From positions 32,001-96,000 of the forward strand of contig CAVWVQ010000002.1 of the NCBI GenBank assembly GCA_963758525.1: a stretch of 64,000 nt of DNA, read 5' to 3'. A program made the translations under genes and the position numbers. The notes beneath the pieces were generated by a model that was given only the letters and a program-made list of their open reading frames with translations, was not told the origin of the DNA and searched no databases. Numbering within the stretch: position 1 is the first letter of the stretch; the number at the start of each line of letters is the position of its first letter. This DNA comes from an uncultured Phycisphaerales bacterium. Lineage in GTDB: Bacteria; Planctomycetota; Phycisphaerae; Tepidisphaerales; Tepidisphaeraceae. This document shows positions 1 to 8,915 of the stretch, in pieces.

Positions 1-411
1 GTCAGTAGCAACGGCTTCGAAGTTCTGCAGAATTTCCAACGGCGCCTCGGTGCGGCCCAGCAGCTTTTTGCCATACGCAGCGGCGAAGTCGTAGCGGGCG
101 ATCTTCCCGTAATGCCAGAAGTCCTCCACGTCGTCGCGCAGGCCCTGGTTCTGATTGATCTCGACGGGGGCCGCGGCGGCAGGTGGTGTGGACGCATCGG
201 CTGGCGCGGCCGCGGGAGCAGGCGCCGCGCCGGCGGCCGCCGGCGCAGCGGCGGGAGCGGGAGTCGCGCCGGCGTCGGCTGGCGCAGCGGCAGGCGGAGC
301 AGCCGCGGGCGCGGGGGTTGCCGGCGCAGCAGCGTCCTCGGCGCGCAACATCGGCGAACTGATCATCAACGACAAACCCACGCAGGCAACGAATGATGGC
401 ACGGGGCGCAT
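1..411 (-). CDS. Exported protein, N-terminal part (runs off window); signal peptide plus Ala/Pro-rich linker
   Basis: Not in ORF track (no stop in window). ATG at 411 with GGAGG RBS; reads MRPVPSFVACVGLSLMISSPMLRAEDAAAPATPAP...EINQNQGLRDDVEDFWHYGKIARYDFAAAYGKKLL. Confidence 0.7.
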   Translation of the reverse strand, partial: MRPVPSFVACVGLSLMISSPMLRAEDAAAPATPAPAAAPPAAAPADAGATPAPAAAPAAAGAAPAPAAAPADASTPPAAAAPVEINQNQGLRDDVEDFWHYGKIARYDFAAAYGKKLLGRTEAPLEILQNFEAVATD

Positions 412-600
412 GGTGCTGGCCTCCAAGGTGAGTATGCGAAGAAAACGTACTGCTCGGCCGACTCTCGGGGCCGAATTCATCTCTCCGCGGCGGCGGGTGC
501 TCTCAAGACGGAACGTCCGAAAGCTGGCGAATATCATCGCGTGTGAGGATAGAATCCCAGTCAAATAGTGTCAAGAAAAGACGGAATTGTCACTAGCCGG

Positions 601-744
601 CGGGTGTGGCGCTCGAAAGTGGCGATCGGCTCCGAGTAGGGCGGGATTCATCCCGCCGATTTGTTGGCCGGCTGAGAAAACGGCGGGATGAATCCCGCCC
701 TACGATCGCAAAATCTGCAATCGCCACAAATAAAAGTTACACCC
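601..744. mobile_element. 144-bp MITE-like element carrying a GTAG-REP doublet (copy 1)
   Basis: Reverse-complement identical to 15469-15612; imperfect terminal inverted repeats GGGTGT-N11-GTGGCGAT; internal GTAGGGCGGGATTCATCCCGCC / GGCGGGATGAATCCCGCCCTAC. Confidence 0.75.
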
Positions 745-760
745 CTTGCCGGCAATCCCA

Positions 761-900
761 AATGACGAAACCCGAAACCAGAATGGGACAGGAGCCAGGA
801 GCCAGGAGCCAGAAGCCAGAAGCATGGAGGGAGTCAGTAGAAAGGGGAATCCAGAGCCAGCTTGCTCCTGGCTTCTATTTGACTCTGGTTTCGTCATTCG
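761..900. repeat. Intergenic palindromic element with 7-bp tandem units (GGAGCCA/GAAGCCA) and AATGACGAAAC...GTTTCGTCATT ends
   Basis: Direct inspection; same end motifs as 19581-19800. Confidence 0.7.
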
Positions 901-963
901 GCTTTCCGCGGCTGTTGGCGGCCAATTGCTTTGACCACCGTATCCATTACACTCCCCCCTCCC

Positions 964-1823
964 ATGAAAAGTGATCGACGGCACGACCTGAAGACCAACG
1001 CCCTTTCGCGGGGTATCGCAGAACTGCCAGAGTTCGGCCGCCGATACGGCAACAAGGTGCTGCTGGTCCTGATCTTCATCCTTCTGGCGGTCTTCCTGGT
1101 CCGATATCGCGCCAACAGGCCGAGCAAGACCGGATCACCGCGAGCAGCAGCCTGAGCACCGCCGAACGGGCGATTCACGATCTGTGGTACCAACCCGTGT
1201 TGCTCATGGGCGATCAACCGGCGATGGCCAGGTCGCGCGACTCGCTCAGTGCCGAAGCCGAATCCGCGCTGGAGGTGGCGCTCCGCACCGCTGTCGATCC
1301 GAGGGTGCGGGCCGACGCCTATGTGGCGCACGGCAACCTGGACTGGCTGCTGGCGAATTTCCCCCCGCTGCCCGCCGCGGCGACGCAGCCGTCGCTGGCA
1401 CTGCCCAAAAGCAGCGCGGACTATCTTGCTGCTGCCGCCAGCGCATATTCCGAGGTGCTGAAGGATCCACTTTCGAAGAATCAGGCTGCCGTCACCGCTG
1501 CTCGATTTGGGCTGTCGGCGATCGCCGAGAACAAGGAAGACTGGGCGCTCGCCCAGCGATATTACAACGACGTGATCAATGATCCCGGCACGGCCCCCGC
1601 CATGAAAGAATACGGCCAAGGCCGGCTGAAAGTGCTCGAAGATCTCAAGCGCCCGGTTCTGCTGGCATCAGAGCATCCAATTGATGTGCCTCCACCCGTC
1701 GCAGTTCCGACGCTCGGGCCGTTTGGGCCGACCACAGCGCCGGACTCGATCAACGGGCTCTCCCCTTTCTCGATTTCGCCGGCGCCCTACGTGCCAGCAA
1801 CGACACAACCCGGCGGGCGCTAG
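964..1823 (+). CDS. Single-TM TPR-like protein (YfgM-like), apparent frameshift near 1110
   Basis: MKSDRRHDLKTNAL N-terminus, TM VLLVLIFILLAVFLV, continues in another frame QQAEQDR...ARFGLSAIAENKEDWALAQRYY. Confidence 0.6.
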
Positions 1824-1835
1824 CTCTCGCAGTCA

Positions 1836-2933
1836 GTGACTGACGACCTGCCCAATCTTCCGATCGATCCCGATTCGTCTCCCATTGAGCGGGATGACGA
1901 GGCGGACATCGAGCGCTACCGGTTTCGCGTTGGCAAAAACCTGACACGCCGGATCGATCAATACCTCGTCGACCGAGTCCCCTATCTTTCGCGCAACGGC
2001 GTGCAACGGCTCATTGATGACGGCCTCGTCAAGGTCAACGGCAAGCCGACCAAGGCGAGCTATCATCCCAAGCTCAATGATGAAGTGGAGATGGTCGCGC
2101 CGCCCGAGCCGGTCAATGAGCTGGTGCCCGAGCCGATCCCGCTGGAAGTTGTCTATGAAGACGATCACCTGCTGGCATTGAACAAACAGGCCAATCTGAT
2201 GGTGCATCCGGCGCGCGGCAGATGGACGGGGACGCTCGTCAACGCATTGGTGTATTACGGTCAAAAGTGGAGCAGCATCAACGGCAACTGGCGGCCGGGC
2301 ATTTTGCACCGGCTGGATCGCAACACCACCGGCATCATGCTCGTGGCCAAGAGCGATGAGGCCCATTGGCGGGTCGCCCGGCAATTTGAAAATCGCACCA
2401 TCCAGAAGACATACATGGCCGTGATCCATGGTGTGCCGGAACTGTTGGCGGACGTGATCGATATGCCGATCGGGCGCGACCGATACGTCCGGGAAAAACA
2501 GGCAGTGCGGAAGGAATCCAACGGCGGCCGCGCAGCAGTGACGAAGTACGAGGTGCAGGAGGTTTTCGAGTCGCCGGCAGAGGTGCTGCTGGAAGAAAGC
2601 AAGTTCGCCGCCGACCACCGGCTCAAGAAGCCGCCGGCCAGGTTCGCCCTGGTCAAGCTGACGCCCAAAACCGGACGCACTCACCAGTTGCGCGTTCATC
2701 TGGCTGCGATCGGGCACCCCATCGTGGGGGACACCATGTACGGCGGACGCGTGTTTCGAAGCGGTGATTTCCTGCTGGAACGCCAGGCGTTGCACGCTTT
2801 TGAGATCTGCTTCACCCATCCGATTCAACTGGAATCGCTGACGCTTCAGGCCCCCCTGCCGGAGGATATCAACGCGCTGCTTGCAATTTTGCGAAAACCC
2901 GCCGTTTCACGTTCGAGCGGTTCGGGCGTATAA
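1836..2933 (+). CDS. rluD: RluA/RluD-family 23S rRNA pseudouridine synthase
   Basis: S4 domain (RIDQYL..SRNGVQRLIDDGLVKVNG), HRLDRNTTG catalytic motif, TGRTHQLRVH, PIVGDTMYG, RQALHA. Confidence 0.88.
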   Translation: MTDDLPNLPIDPDSSPIERDDEADIERYRFRVGKNLTRRIDQYLVDRVPYLSRNGVQRLIDDGLVKVNGKPTKASYHPKLNDEVEMVAPPEPVNELVPEPIPLEVVYEDDHLLALNKQANLMVHPARGRWTGTLVNALVYYGQKWSSINGNWRPGILHRLDRNTTGIMLVAKSDEAHWRVARQFENRTIQKTYMAVIHGVPELLADVIDMPIGRDRYVREKQAVRKESNGGRAAVTKYEVQEVFESPAEVLLEESKFAADHRLKKPPARFALVKLTPKTGRTHQLRVHLAAIGHPIVGDTMYGGRVFRSGDFLLERQALHAFEICFTHPIQLESLTLQAPLPEDINALLAILRKPAVSRSSGSGV

Positions 2934-2981
2934 TCGTTTGAGTAATGTCCCCGGTCTACTTTTTCTTGAAGGACGCAGACG

Positions 2982-3350
2982 ATGTCTCACGTTTTGGCCT
3001 TTGGCATGCCGTCCATGGGTGAGTGGGTGGTGGTTGCCGTCATCGGGCTTCTCTTTTTCGGCAAGCGTCTTCCCGAGGTTGGCCGCAGCCTTGGCAAAGG
3101 GATTGTGGAATTCAAGAAAGGGCTCAAGGGAATCGAGGACGAAATCGAAGATCAGGTGGACGCCAGCGAGAAGGAGCAACAGCAGCGGCGTCTCGACCAG
3201 CAGCAGAAGCCGAAGTTCGATCCCTACACCGGCAAGCCTGTCGTCGAGCCGGGGCACAAGTTTGATCCGTATACCGGCAAGCCCCTTGACGCCGAGCCCG
3301 CGGAAACTGCCTCGAACGTTGCTTCGGGCGATGCATCGCAGCACGGATAG
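2982..3350 (+). CDS. tatA: Twin-arginine translocase TatA/TatE subunit
   Basis: EWVVVAVIGLLFFGKRLPEVGRSLGKGIVEFKKG. Confidence 0.92.
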   Translation: MSHVLAFGMPSMGEWVVVAVIGLLFFGKRLPEVGRSLGKGIVEFKKGLKGIEDEIEDQVDASEKEQQQRRLDQQQKPKFDPYTGKPVVEPGHKFDPYTGKPLDAEPAETASNVASGDASQHG

Positions 3351-3459
3351 GGCCGAAGCTCGGGCTATTGAAATAGCTTTTCTATTGCATGGGCGCTGAC
3401 CGTCCGATTACAATTGGGGAGCAATCTTTTATTCAAAACTTCCACTGAGAGAGAACGCC

Positions 3460-4184
3460 ATGCGCATCACTCCGCTGCGGCTCATCGCTCTGTTGTTCGT
3501 CGCGTCACTTCTTCCCGCCAAGCTCCAGGCGGCGAGCGTCGTTCGACACCAGTTGGACGCGGTGCTGCCGGAAGTGAAGTTCGACGGGGTTTCGCTTGCC
3601 GACGCGATCGACTTTCTCCGCGATGTCTCGGGCAAAATATCACCGTCAATTGGAAAGCCCTCGAAGGCAACGGCATCGGCAAAGACACGCCGCTCAACGT
3701 GAAGCTGCGATCCATCTCGCTGCATCGCGCCTTGGATCTGATTCTCGGTGAAACCGGCGGCAGCGGTAAGATCGGCTACACCGTCGACGAAAACGTGATC
3801 GAGATTACCACGCAGGATCTGATCGACTCGCGCATGTATACACGCGTCTATCCGGTCGAAGACCTGATCATGGAAGTGCCTGATTTCTCGGACGCGCCGG
3901 ATTTCAGCCTGACTTCAACGTCGAACAATTCCAGCCAGAACGGCGGCGGCAACAGCGGTTCCGGATCGAGCCCATTCAGCGGCTCCAGCAGTTCCGCCAG
4001 CGCCGATAAAGGCAAAACCAAAACAGAGCGTGCCAATGAGTTGATGGACCTGATCCGCAGTGTCGTTCAGCCTGAAATCTGGCAGGAAAATGGCGGCAAA
4101 GCCGTCATCCGCTACTACAACGGCAACCTCGTCGTCACCGCTCCCCGCTCCGTCCAGGAAGCGATCGGCGGACCGTTCGACTGA
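3460..4184 (+). CDS. Exported secretin N-domain-like protein, frameshift near 3633
   Basis: Signal peptide; PEVKFDGVSLADAIDFLRDVSG then NITVNWKALE...TRVYPVEDL...Ser/Gly loop...ELMDLIRSVVQPEIW...NGNLVVTAPRSVQEAI. Confidence 0.6.
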
Positions 4185-4202
4185 AATTAGTGCCGCAACT
4201 AT

Positions 4203-4257
4203 GTAGCACGGCCGTCCCGGCTGTGGTCCTAAATCACAGCCGGGACGGCTGTGCTAC
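4203..4257. repeat. GTAG-REP-like inverted pair
   Basis: GTAGCACGGCCGTCCCGGCTGTG ... CACAGCCGGGACGGCTGTGCTAC; related copy at 48384-48438. Confidence 0.75.
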
Positions 4258-4382
4258 GGGGGCATCGCCCCGATCATTTGAGCAGGTTGTTCGTTCGCCG
4301 CGCCTGAGCAACGAAATTCGTGTTGTGGTGCGGATCGTTCCGCACCACATTTCGTTTGAACACGTCGGGAAAAGGTATCTTC

Positions 4383-4820
4383 ATGTCACCGCACCGGAGA
4401 CTCGGACCGAGCGCAGGCCTCATGGCGGCATCGGCCGCGGGTCTGTTGCTTTGGCCGACGCCCGCGCGAGCGGGGATGCCCCCACCTTTCGTGTTGACTG
4501 ATTTGGCGCAAATGCGCGTCGAAGCAATGTCATTTTTCCTCTTTTTACTGCTTCTATCGGCTGCAATTATTCAGCAGATCTGGAACTACCTCCGCGGCAG
4601 CTTCAAGCGCCTGCCGAGACTGAGTTACTTCAAGGCCGTATCGCTCGTCGCGCTCTGGGGCCTGCTCTTCATCATCGTGCTGGCGATGATTTCCGGCGGC
4701 CGTGAGTTAATGACGCCTGGGGCGTGGGAGAGAAATGGCGTCAGCTATCGTCTGGTCCCACCGGCGACGACCGAGCCCGCATCCAGACCGGTGGATGGCG
4801 ACGGAGGGTCTGCCAACTAA
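4383..4820 (+). CDS. Hypothetical membrane protein
   Basis: Hydrophobic helices; stop overlaps next ATG (TAATG at 4818-4822). Confidence 0.65.
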   Translation: MSPHRRLGPSAGLMAASAAGLLLWPTPARAGMPPPFVLTDLAQMRVEAMSFFLFLLLLSAAIIQQIWNYLRGSFKRLPRLSYFKAVSLVALWGLLFIIVLAMISGGRELMTPGAWERNGVSYRLVPPATTEPASRPVDGDGGSAN

Positions 4821-5683
4821 TGTCCGTCGCCGGGAGAATAACTCGATGGGGATTTGCGCTGGCATTGCTCTTCTTTGTGACGCAATGCATCGGCATTCAC
4901 CTGCCCGGGGAGGAATTCGTATTCTTTCTCATCATCGGTTGGCTGCCTTTCCTCGCGCATGTCGGCCCAAAGGTCCATGTGCGTTGGGACGCGATTGTGA
5001 GCACGGCGATCTATGCAGCGATTTTCGTCGCGGGCGCGCATTACTTTCTCCGCTGGCTTTTCCGCGAGATGTCGCGGGAGGGGCGGCAGCAACATTGGCG
5101 CTGGTCCTGGACGATCTGCGGCTTTGTAATCGTTCTGCTGATGTTCACCGCGGGAATGGCCGCCATCGGCATCGTGCATCAGACGGCGTGGCTGGCCTCG
5201 TCGAAAGCACCGTTGTACGAGCCTTACGGCGCAATCATCAACCGAATCAGATGCAACTCAAACCTCCGTCAGATCGGACTGGCAATCTCGAACTGGGCCG
5301 AAAATCACCACGGCAAGCTGCCCGACGACTTCAGCGAGGTTTTCGAGAGCGGGGACCTGATGCCAGAAAATTTCATCTGCCCGGCCAGCGATGACCAAAT
5401 CAGATCAGGGCAGAGGAACGCCGCGCCGGCAGCAAACCTGCTCCAGCCCGGCGCTTGTTCATACATTTATCTGGGAAAGGGGCTGACTCAACCGCTGCAG
5501 CCATCGCACGTTATTGCCGTCGAACCGTTGGAGAATCACAAGGACGCGGGCATCAACGTTCTCTTTGCGGATTGGCACGTCGAATGGCTGGATCGACCGC
5601 AGGCCGAATCGCTCCTGCTCGGCCTTGGCTTCCGGCGCGTGGAGACTGATCCAGATAAGCAAACCAACGCGGCAAATCCATAG
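4820..5683 (+). CDS. Multi-TM protein with C-terminal DUF1559/H-X9-DG-like domain
   Basis: About 4 TM segments, then CNSNLRQIGLAI, FICPAS, CSYIY, NHKDAGINVLFADWHVEW. Confidence 0.7.
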   Translation: MSVAGRITRWGFALALLFFVTQCIGIHLPGEEFVFFLIIGWLPFLAHVGPKVHVRWDAIVSTAIYAAIFVAGAHYFLRWLFREMSREGRQQHWRWSWTICGFVIVLLMFTAGMAAIGIVHQTAWLASSKAPLYEPYGAIINRIRCNSNLRQIGLAISNWAENHHGKLPDDFSEVFESGDLMPENFICPASDDQIRSGQRNAAPAANLLQPGACSYIYLGKGLTQPLQPSHVIAVEPLENHKDAGINVLFADWHVEWLDRPQAESLLLGLGFRRVETDPDKQTNAANP

Positions 5684-5731
5684 GACCAAGCGATACGGGT
5701 CACCGAGAGCTGCCCCGCCGCAGCCGTTGGA

Positions 5732-6176
5732 TCACCCGAAAAGCCTGACCCACAGCGGCGGCCCAAGAATCAGCAGCCCGACGCCTACCGACGCCATCGC
5801 CGCGATCAGCACCATTCCCGCGGCGAGATCTTTCGCCGCTTTGGCTCGCGGGTGAATCTCCGGCGACGCGAGGTCGATCGCGGCTTCCACGGCGGTGTTC
5901 AGCCCCTCCAGGATCAGCACCAGCGCAATTGTAAAAATGATCACCGCCCACTCGGTTCGGCTGATGCGCAGCCATAGGCCCAGCGCAGGCACCGATGCCG
6001 ATGATCAGTTCGATCCGCGCGTTGAGCTGGGTGCGAAAGAGATATCCCAAACCCGCGAACGCGAAGCCAAACGAGCGGATGATGCGAATCTGAAGAGGAT
6101 CTGCGGATGCTCGCGGAGCGATCGGCAGCGCAGCACCGTTGGAAGGCTCAGACTTTGCGATTTGCGGGTGGTCCAT
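5732..6176 (-). CDS. dgkA: Diacylglycerol/undecaprenol kinase (DgkA family), frameshift near 5985
   Basis: SFGFAFAGLGYLFRTQLNARIEL then EGLNTAVEAAIDLASPEIHPRAKAAKDLAAGMVL. Confidence 0.85.
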
Positions 6177-6180
6177 CGTA

Positions 6181-7161
6181 TCAGTCGGTTTCCGTCCACT
6201 CTTCGCCGGCTGCGCGAACGATCACTCGATCGCGATCGCGTCCCGCGGCGGCAAGCATACGCTCGATCGGCTCATGCATCGGCTCATGGCTTAGACGAAA
6301 TGTGCTGTGATGCATTGGTAAAAGCCATCGGCCGCCCACGTGCTCGAACATCTGCCAGACCTGCTCGGGGGTCGCATGCGCCTGGATATACGGGTCATAC
6401 GCTCCGATTCCAAAGATTGCCAGATCGACGCCGCCGACGTCGGTGAAACGCCGATAGGCAGTGTCGCCCGCATAGAACACGCGCCGCGGCCGCGTACGCA
6501 GTCCTTTTCCCCTCCCTCGGTACTCCGGGGGAGGGTCAGGGTGGGGGCAATGCGCGGCGCCGGCGTCCATTACGTACCCGTTGTACCCGCGATAAGTGTC
6601 TTGAAACGTTCGCGCGCCCCAGTGCTTCACTTCGCAGGCACGCAACTCGATGTTATCGATTTGGGTTGACTCGCCCCACCGCAATTCCGTGATGTTTTGA
6701 AAGCCCAGGTCGCGGATCAAATCCCGCGTGCGGCTGGCGGTGACCACGGGCGTGCTCTTGTGCAGCTTCACCAGCGTGGGCCGGTCCAGATGATCGAAAT
6801 GTGCGTGCGAAATCAGAATCAGGTCGAGCTTGGGAAGCTCGTGCGGGCGCAGGGCTGCGGCCACGAGTCGTTTGGGGCCGGCCGTCATGACGCCAAGTCC
6901 GACGCCAATGCGGTGGCTCAGAACGGGGTCGGTGAGAATGGTTTTCCCGGCAACCCGCAGGAGCACAGTAGCGTGGCCGAGCCAGACAGCGGAGAAGTTG
7001 CGCGAGTCCCAATCCCGCAGATCCGGCTTGCGGCGAGGGCTCGGCGGCGGGTTGAACTGATCGAGCACGCGCAGGCGTCCCCGTCCGCGGCCAAGCCCGT
7101 CCGCGAGGCGCAGGGCGCCGGGACGGCTTTTTGCCCAATCTGCGATGCGCCGCCAACTCAA
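6181..7161 (-). CDS. MBL-fold metallo-hydrolase (NAPE-PLD/RomA-like)
   Basis: WLGHATVLL, ILTDPV, SHAHFDHLD, FYAGDTAY, IGAYDP, PMHHSTF; TTG start overlaps upstream stop. Confidence 0.85.
   Translation of the reverse strand: MSWRRIADWAKSRPGALRLADGLGRGRGRLRVLDQFNPPPSPRRKPDLRDWDSRNFSAVWLGHATVLLRVAGKTILTDPVLSHRIGVGLGVMTAGPKRLVAAALRPHELPKLDLILISHAHFDHLDRPTLVKLHKSTPVVTASRTRDLIRDLGFQNITELRWGESTQIDNIELRACEVKHWGARTFQDTYRGYNGYVMDAGAAHCPHPDPPPEYRGRGKGLRTRPRRVFYAGDTAYRRFTDVGGVDLAIFGIGAYDPYIQAHATPEQVWQMFEHVGGRWLLPMHHSTFRLSHEPMHEPIERMLAAAGRDRDRVIVRAAGEEWTETD
6507..6547. repeat. REP-like palindrome (CCCTCCCCCGGAGTACCGAGGGAGGG family) inside the MBL CDS
   Basis: Same family as intergenic copies near 16941-16992, 49175-49291 and 57135-57168. 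Confidence 0.75.
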
Positions 7162-7934
7162 CTTTCGGCCTCTGCTTCGATCTCCGCTCCGATGGGAAAA
7201 TGATCGCTGCAATATTTTGCCAGGCGATCCTGCTCCACCCAGGAAGAGCGCAACTGGCGGGAAGCAAAGCCGTGCGCGAAGATGTAATCGACGCGCTGGC
7301 CGGGGTGTTGCGTGGAAAATGTGCCGGTGGTCGCAGCGTCGGCCCCGAGTTCGGCAAAAACGTCCGCATAACCCGAATCGAGCATTTTCTGAACAGCGCG
7401 CCGCGGCAGCGATCCGCCATTGCGCTCCCATTGCTCGCGAGTCTTCGGCTTGCACCGGGACGGATCGATGCGCTGTGATGGCGCATTGGCGTTGAAGTCG
7501 CCGGCGATAATGTGCGGCTGAGATGCCTCTCGGTGACGCTCGAAGATTTGCAGCACCGCGCCCAATTCGATTTCGCGGCGGCGCTCATCCGCGTCGGTAG
7601 CCCCGGCAGGCAGATGCAGCGCTGCCACGATCCACTCCCGCCCTGCGGGATCGATGACGGTCGCTTCCAGGAGCGACCGGGAGATTTCAGGAACGAGCAA
7701 TGCGTGATTGATTGAGTCGCGAATCGGCCAGCGGCTGAGGATCGCCGACGCGTGCGACTTGCCCATGCCTTGAATGCTATCCATCGCCAGTCTGCGGGAA
7801 ATTCGGTCCAGTACGGTCGGATCTTCCGCCTCGACCAGCACCACGATGTCCGCCCGCTGCGCAAGAATCACCTCCGCCAAGGGGTCGGCACGCCCTTCTC
7901 CGCCGTCGAGGATGTTGTAGCTGATGAGGCGCAC
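7158..7934 (-). CDS. Endonuclease/exonuclease/phosphatase family protein
   Basis: RLISYNIL, IIAGDFNA, RVDYIF, SDHFPI motifs. Confidence 0.88.
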   Translation of the reverse strand: MRLISYNILDGGEGRADPLAEVILAQRADIVVLVEAEDPTVLDRISRRLAMDSIQGMGKSHASAILSRWPIRDSINHALLVPEISRSLLEATVIDPAGREWIVAALHLPAGATDADERRREIELGAVLQIFERHREASQPHIIAGDFNANAPSQRIDPSRCKPKTREQWERNGGSLPRRAVQKMLDSGYADVFAELGADAATTGTFSTQHPGQRVDYIFAHGFASRQLRSSWVEQDRLAKYCSDHFPIGAEIEAEAES

Positions 7935-8072
7935 GTATTTATCGGACCAAAGCGCCCCCGAAGGAATCCACCAGCGGGTTTGCTGCTCGCGAATACGTAT
8001 CGTAGCTTCGATCCGCAGGGCTGTCAGCGCGGGGTCGCGATGGCAAGATCCTGCGGTGTGGGAGAGATTGCG

Positions 8073-8516
8073 ATGCGACATGCGTTATTTGGAGAATTGC
8101 TCAGCCGGCACGTCAGCCTGAGCGATCACGACATTTCCGAGATCCTGCTGGATCAGGCGATTTCGCATCGCCGATTCGGCGAGATCGCCATGGCATTCCA
8201 GTGGTGCCGCCCGCAGCACGTCTGGCAGGCGTGGTGGGCGCAGCTCGGCGAATCGGCGCAACACGTTTCGCTGCCAGCGGTTGGCGTGGACACTCAAGCG
8301 TTGGGGTCGGTCTCGAGAGCAATGGCGGAGGAATACTGCGTGATTCCGATCCGCGTCTATGGAGATCAACTGGTTTTGGCCGCGTCCGAGGCGTCGCAGG
8401 CCAGGGCAGCCGCGGAACTGCCTCAACTGGTGCAAAAAGCGCTGCGCTTCGTCGCCGCGCCCGAGCGGCAAATCCGGGAGGCAATTGATTTGCACTACAT
8501 GGATGACACAAACTAA
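8073..8516 (+). CDS. Stand-alone MshEN/T2SSE_N-like domain protein
   Basis: FGELL...ILLDQ...RRFGEIA degenerate MshEN repeats; MAEEYCVIPI..LVLAAS..IREAIDLHY typical of GspE/PilB N-domain. Confidence 0.65.
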   Translation: MRHALFGELLSRHVSLSDHDISEILLDQAISHRRFGEIAMAFQWCRPQHVWQAWWAQLGESAQHVSLPAVGVDTQALGSVSRAMAEEYCVIPIRVYGDQLVLAASEASQARAAAELPQLVQKALRFVAAPERQIREAIDLHYMDDTN

Positions 8517-8787
8517 AGGTTTAAGCGGGTTTCACGTTGTGCCGCGGCTATACACCAGTGTGCGGGCATTGCCGAGCTAACACTTTGCAATGCCCGCGAC
8601 ATTATCTGCCTTTTGGATGCACACAAACTAACCGCCACCCCGCATCTCTTTGGCAAGATTGCCTAATCCATAATCAACGACTCTAAATTGTCGCAAACCC
8701 CGGTTTCCCGGGCCACAACGCTGTTCTTGAAGTGCCAGGCAACGTTTTCACGCCGCGGGTTGACACCATGCCTGCGCGACTTCTTAT

Positions 8788-8802
8788 TGGCACAACCTTT
8801 GT
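8788..8802 (+). promoter_or_regulatory. Putative sigma-54 promoter upstream of APC permease
   Basis: TGGCAC-AACCT-TTGT versus consensus TGGCAC-N5-TTGC (one mismatch at -12). Confidence 0.4.
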
Positions 8803-8915
8803 TCTAGGCGTTCCGATGCTGCACCGTCGCCGGGCGTGCTATGCGCTCAGCCCCAGCGCGGGCCGAGGTCGTTTCCTCTGCGCAGCCAGAACCAATCTGA
8901 CAAAGGAGAGTATTC

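Noticed and set aside
606..974. ORF sharing a peptide with ORF 15245-15721
   Set aside because: The shared peptide is only the translated 144-bp repeat, not a gene family.
3365..3390. Fur-box-like AT-rich site
   Set aside because: Only a weak palindrome with several mismatches; cannot be supported.
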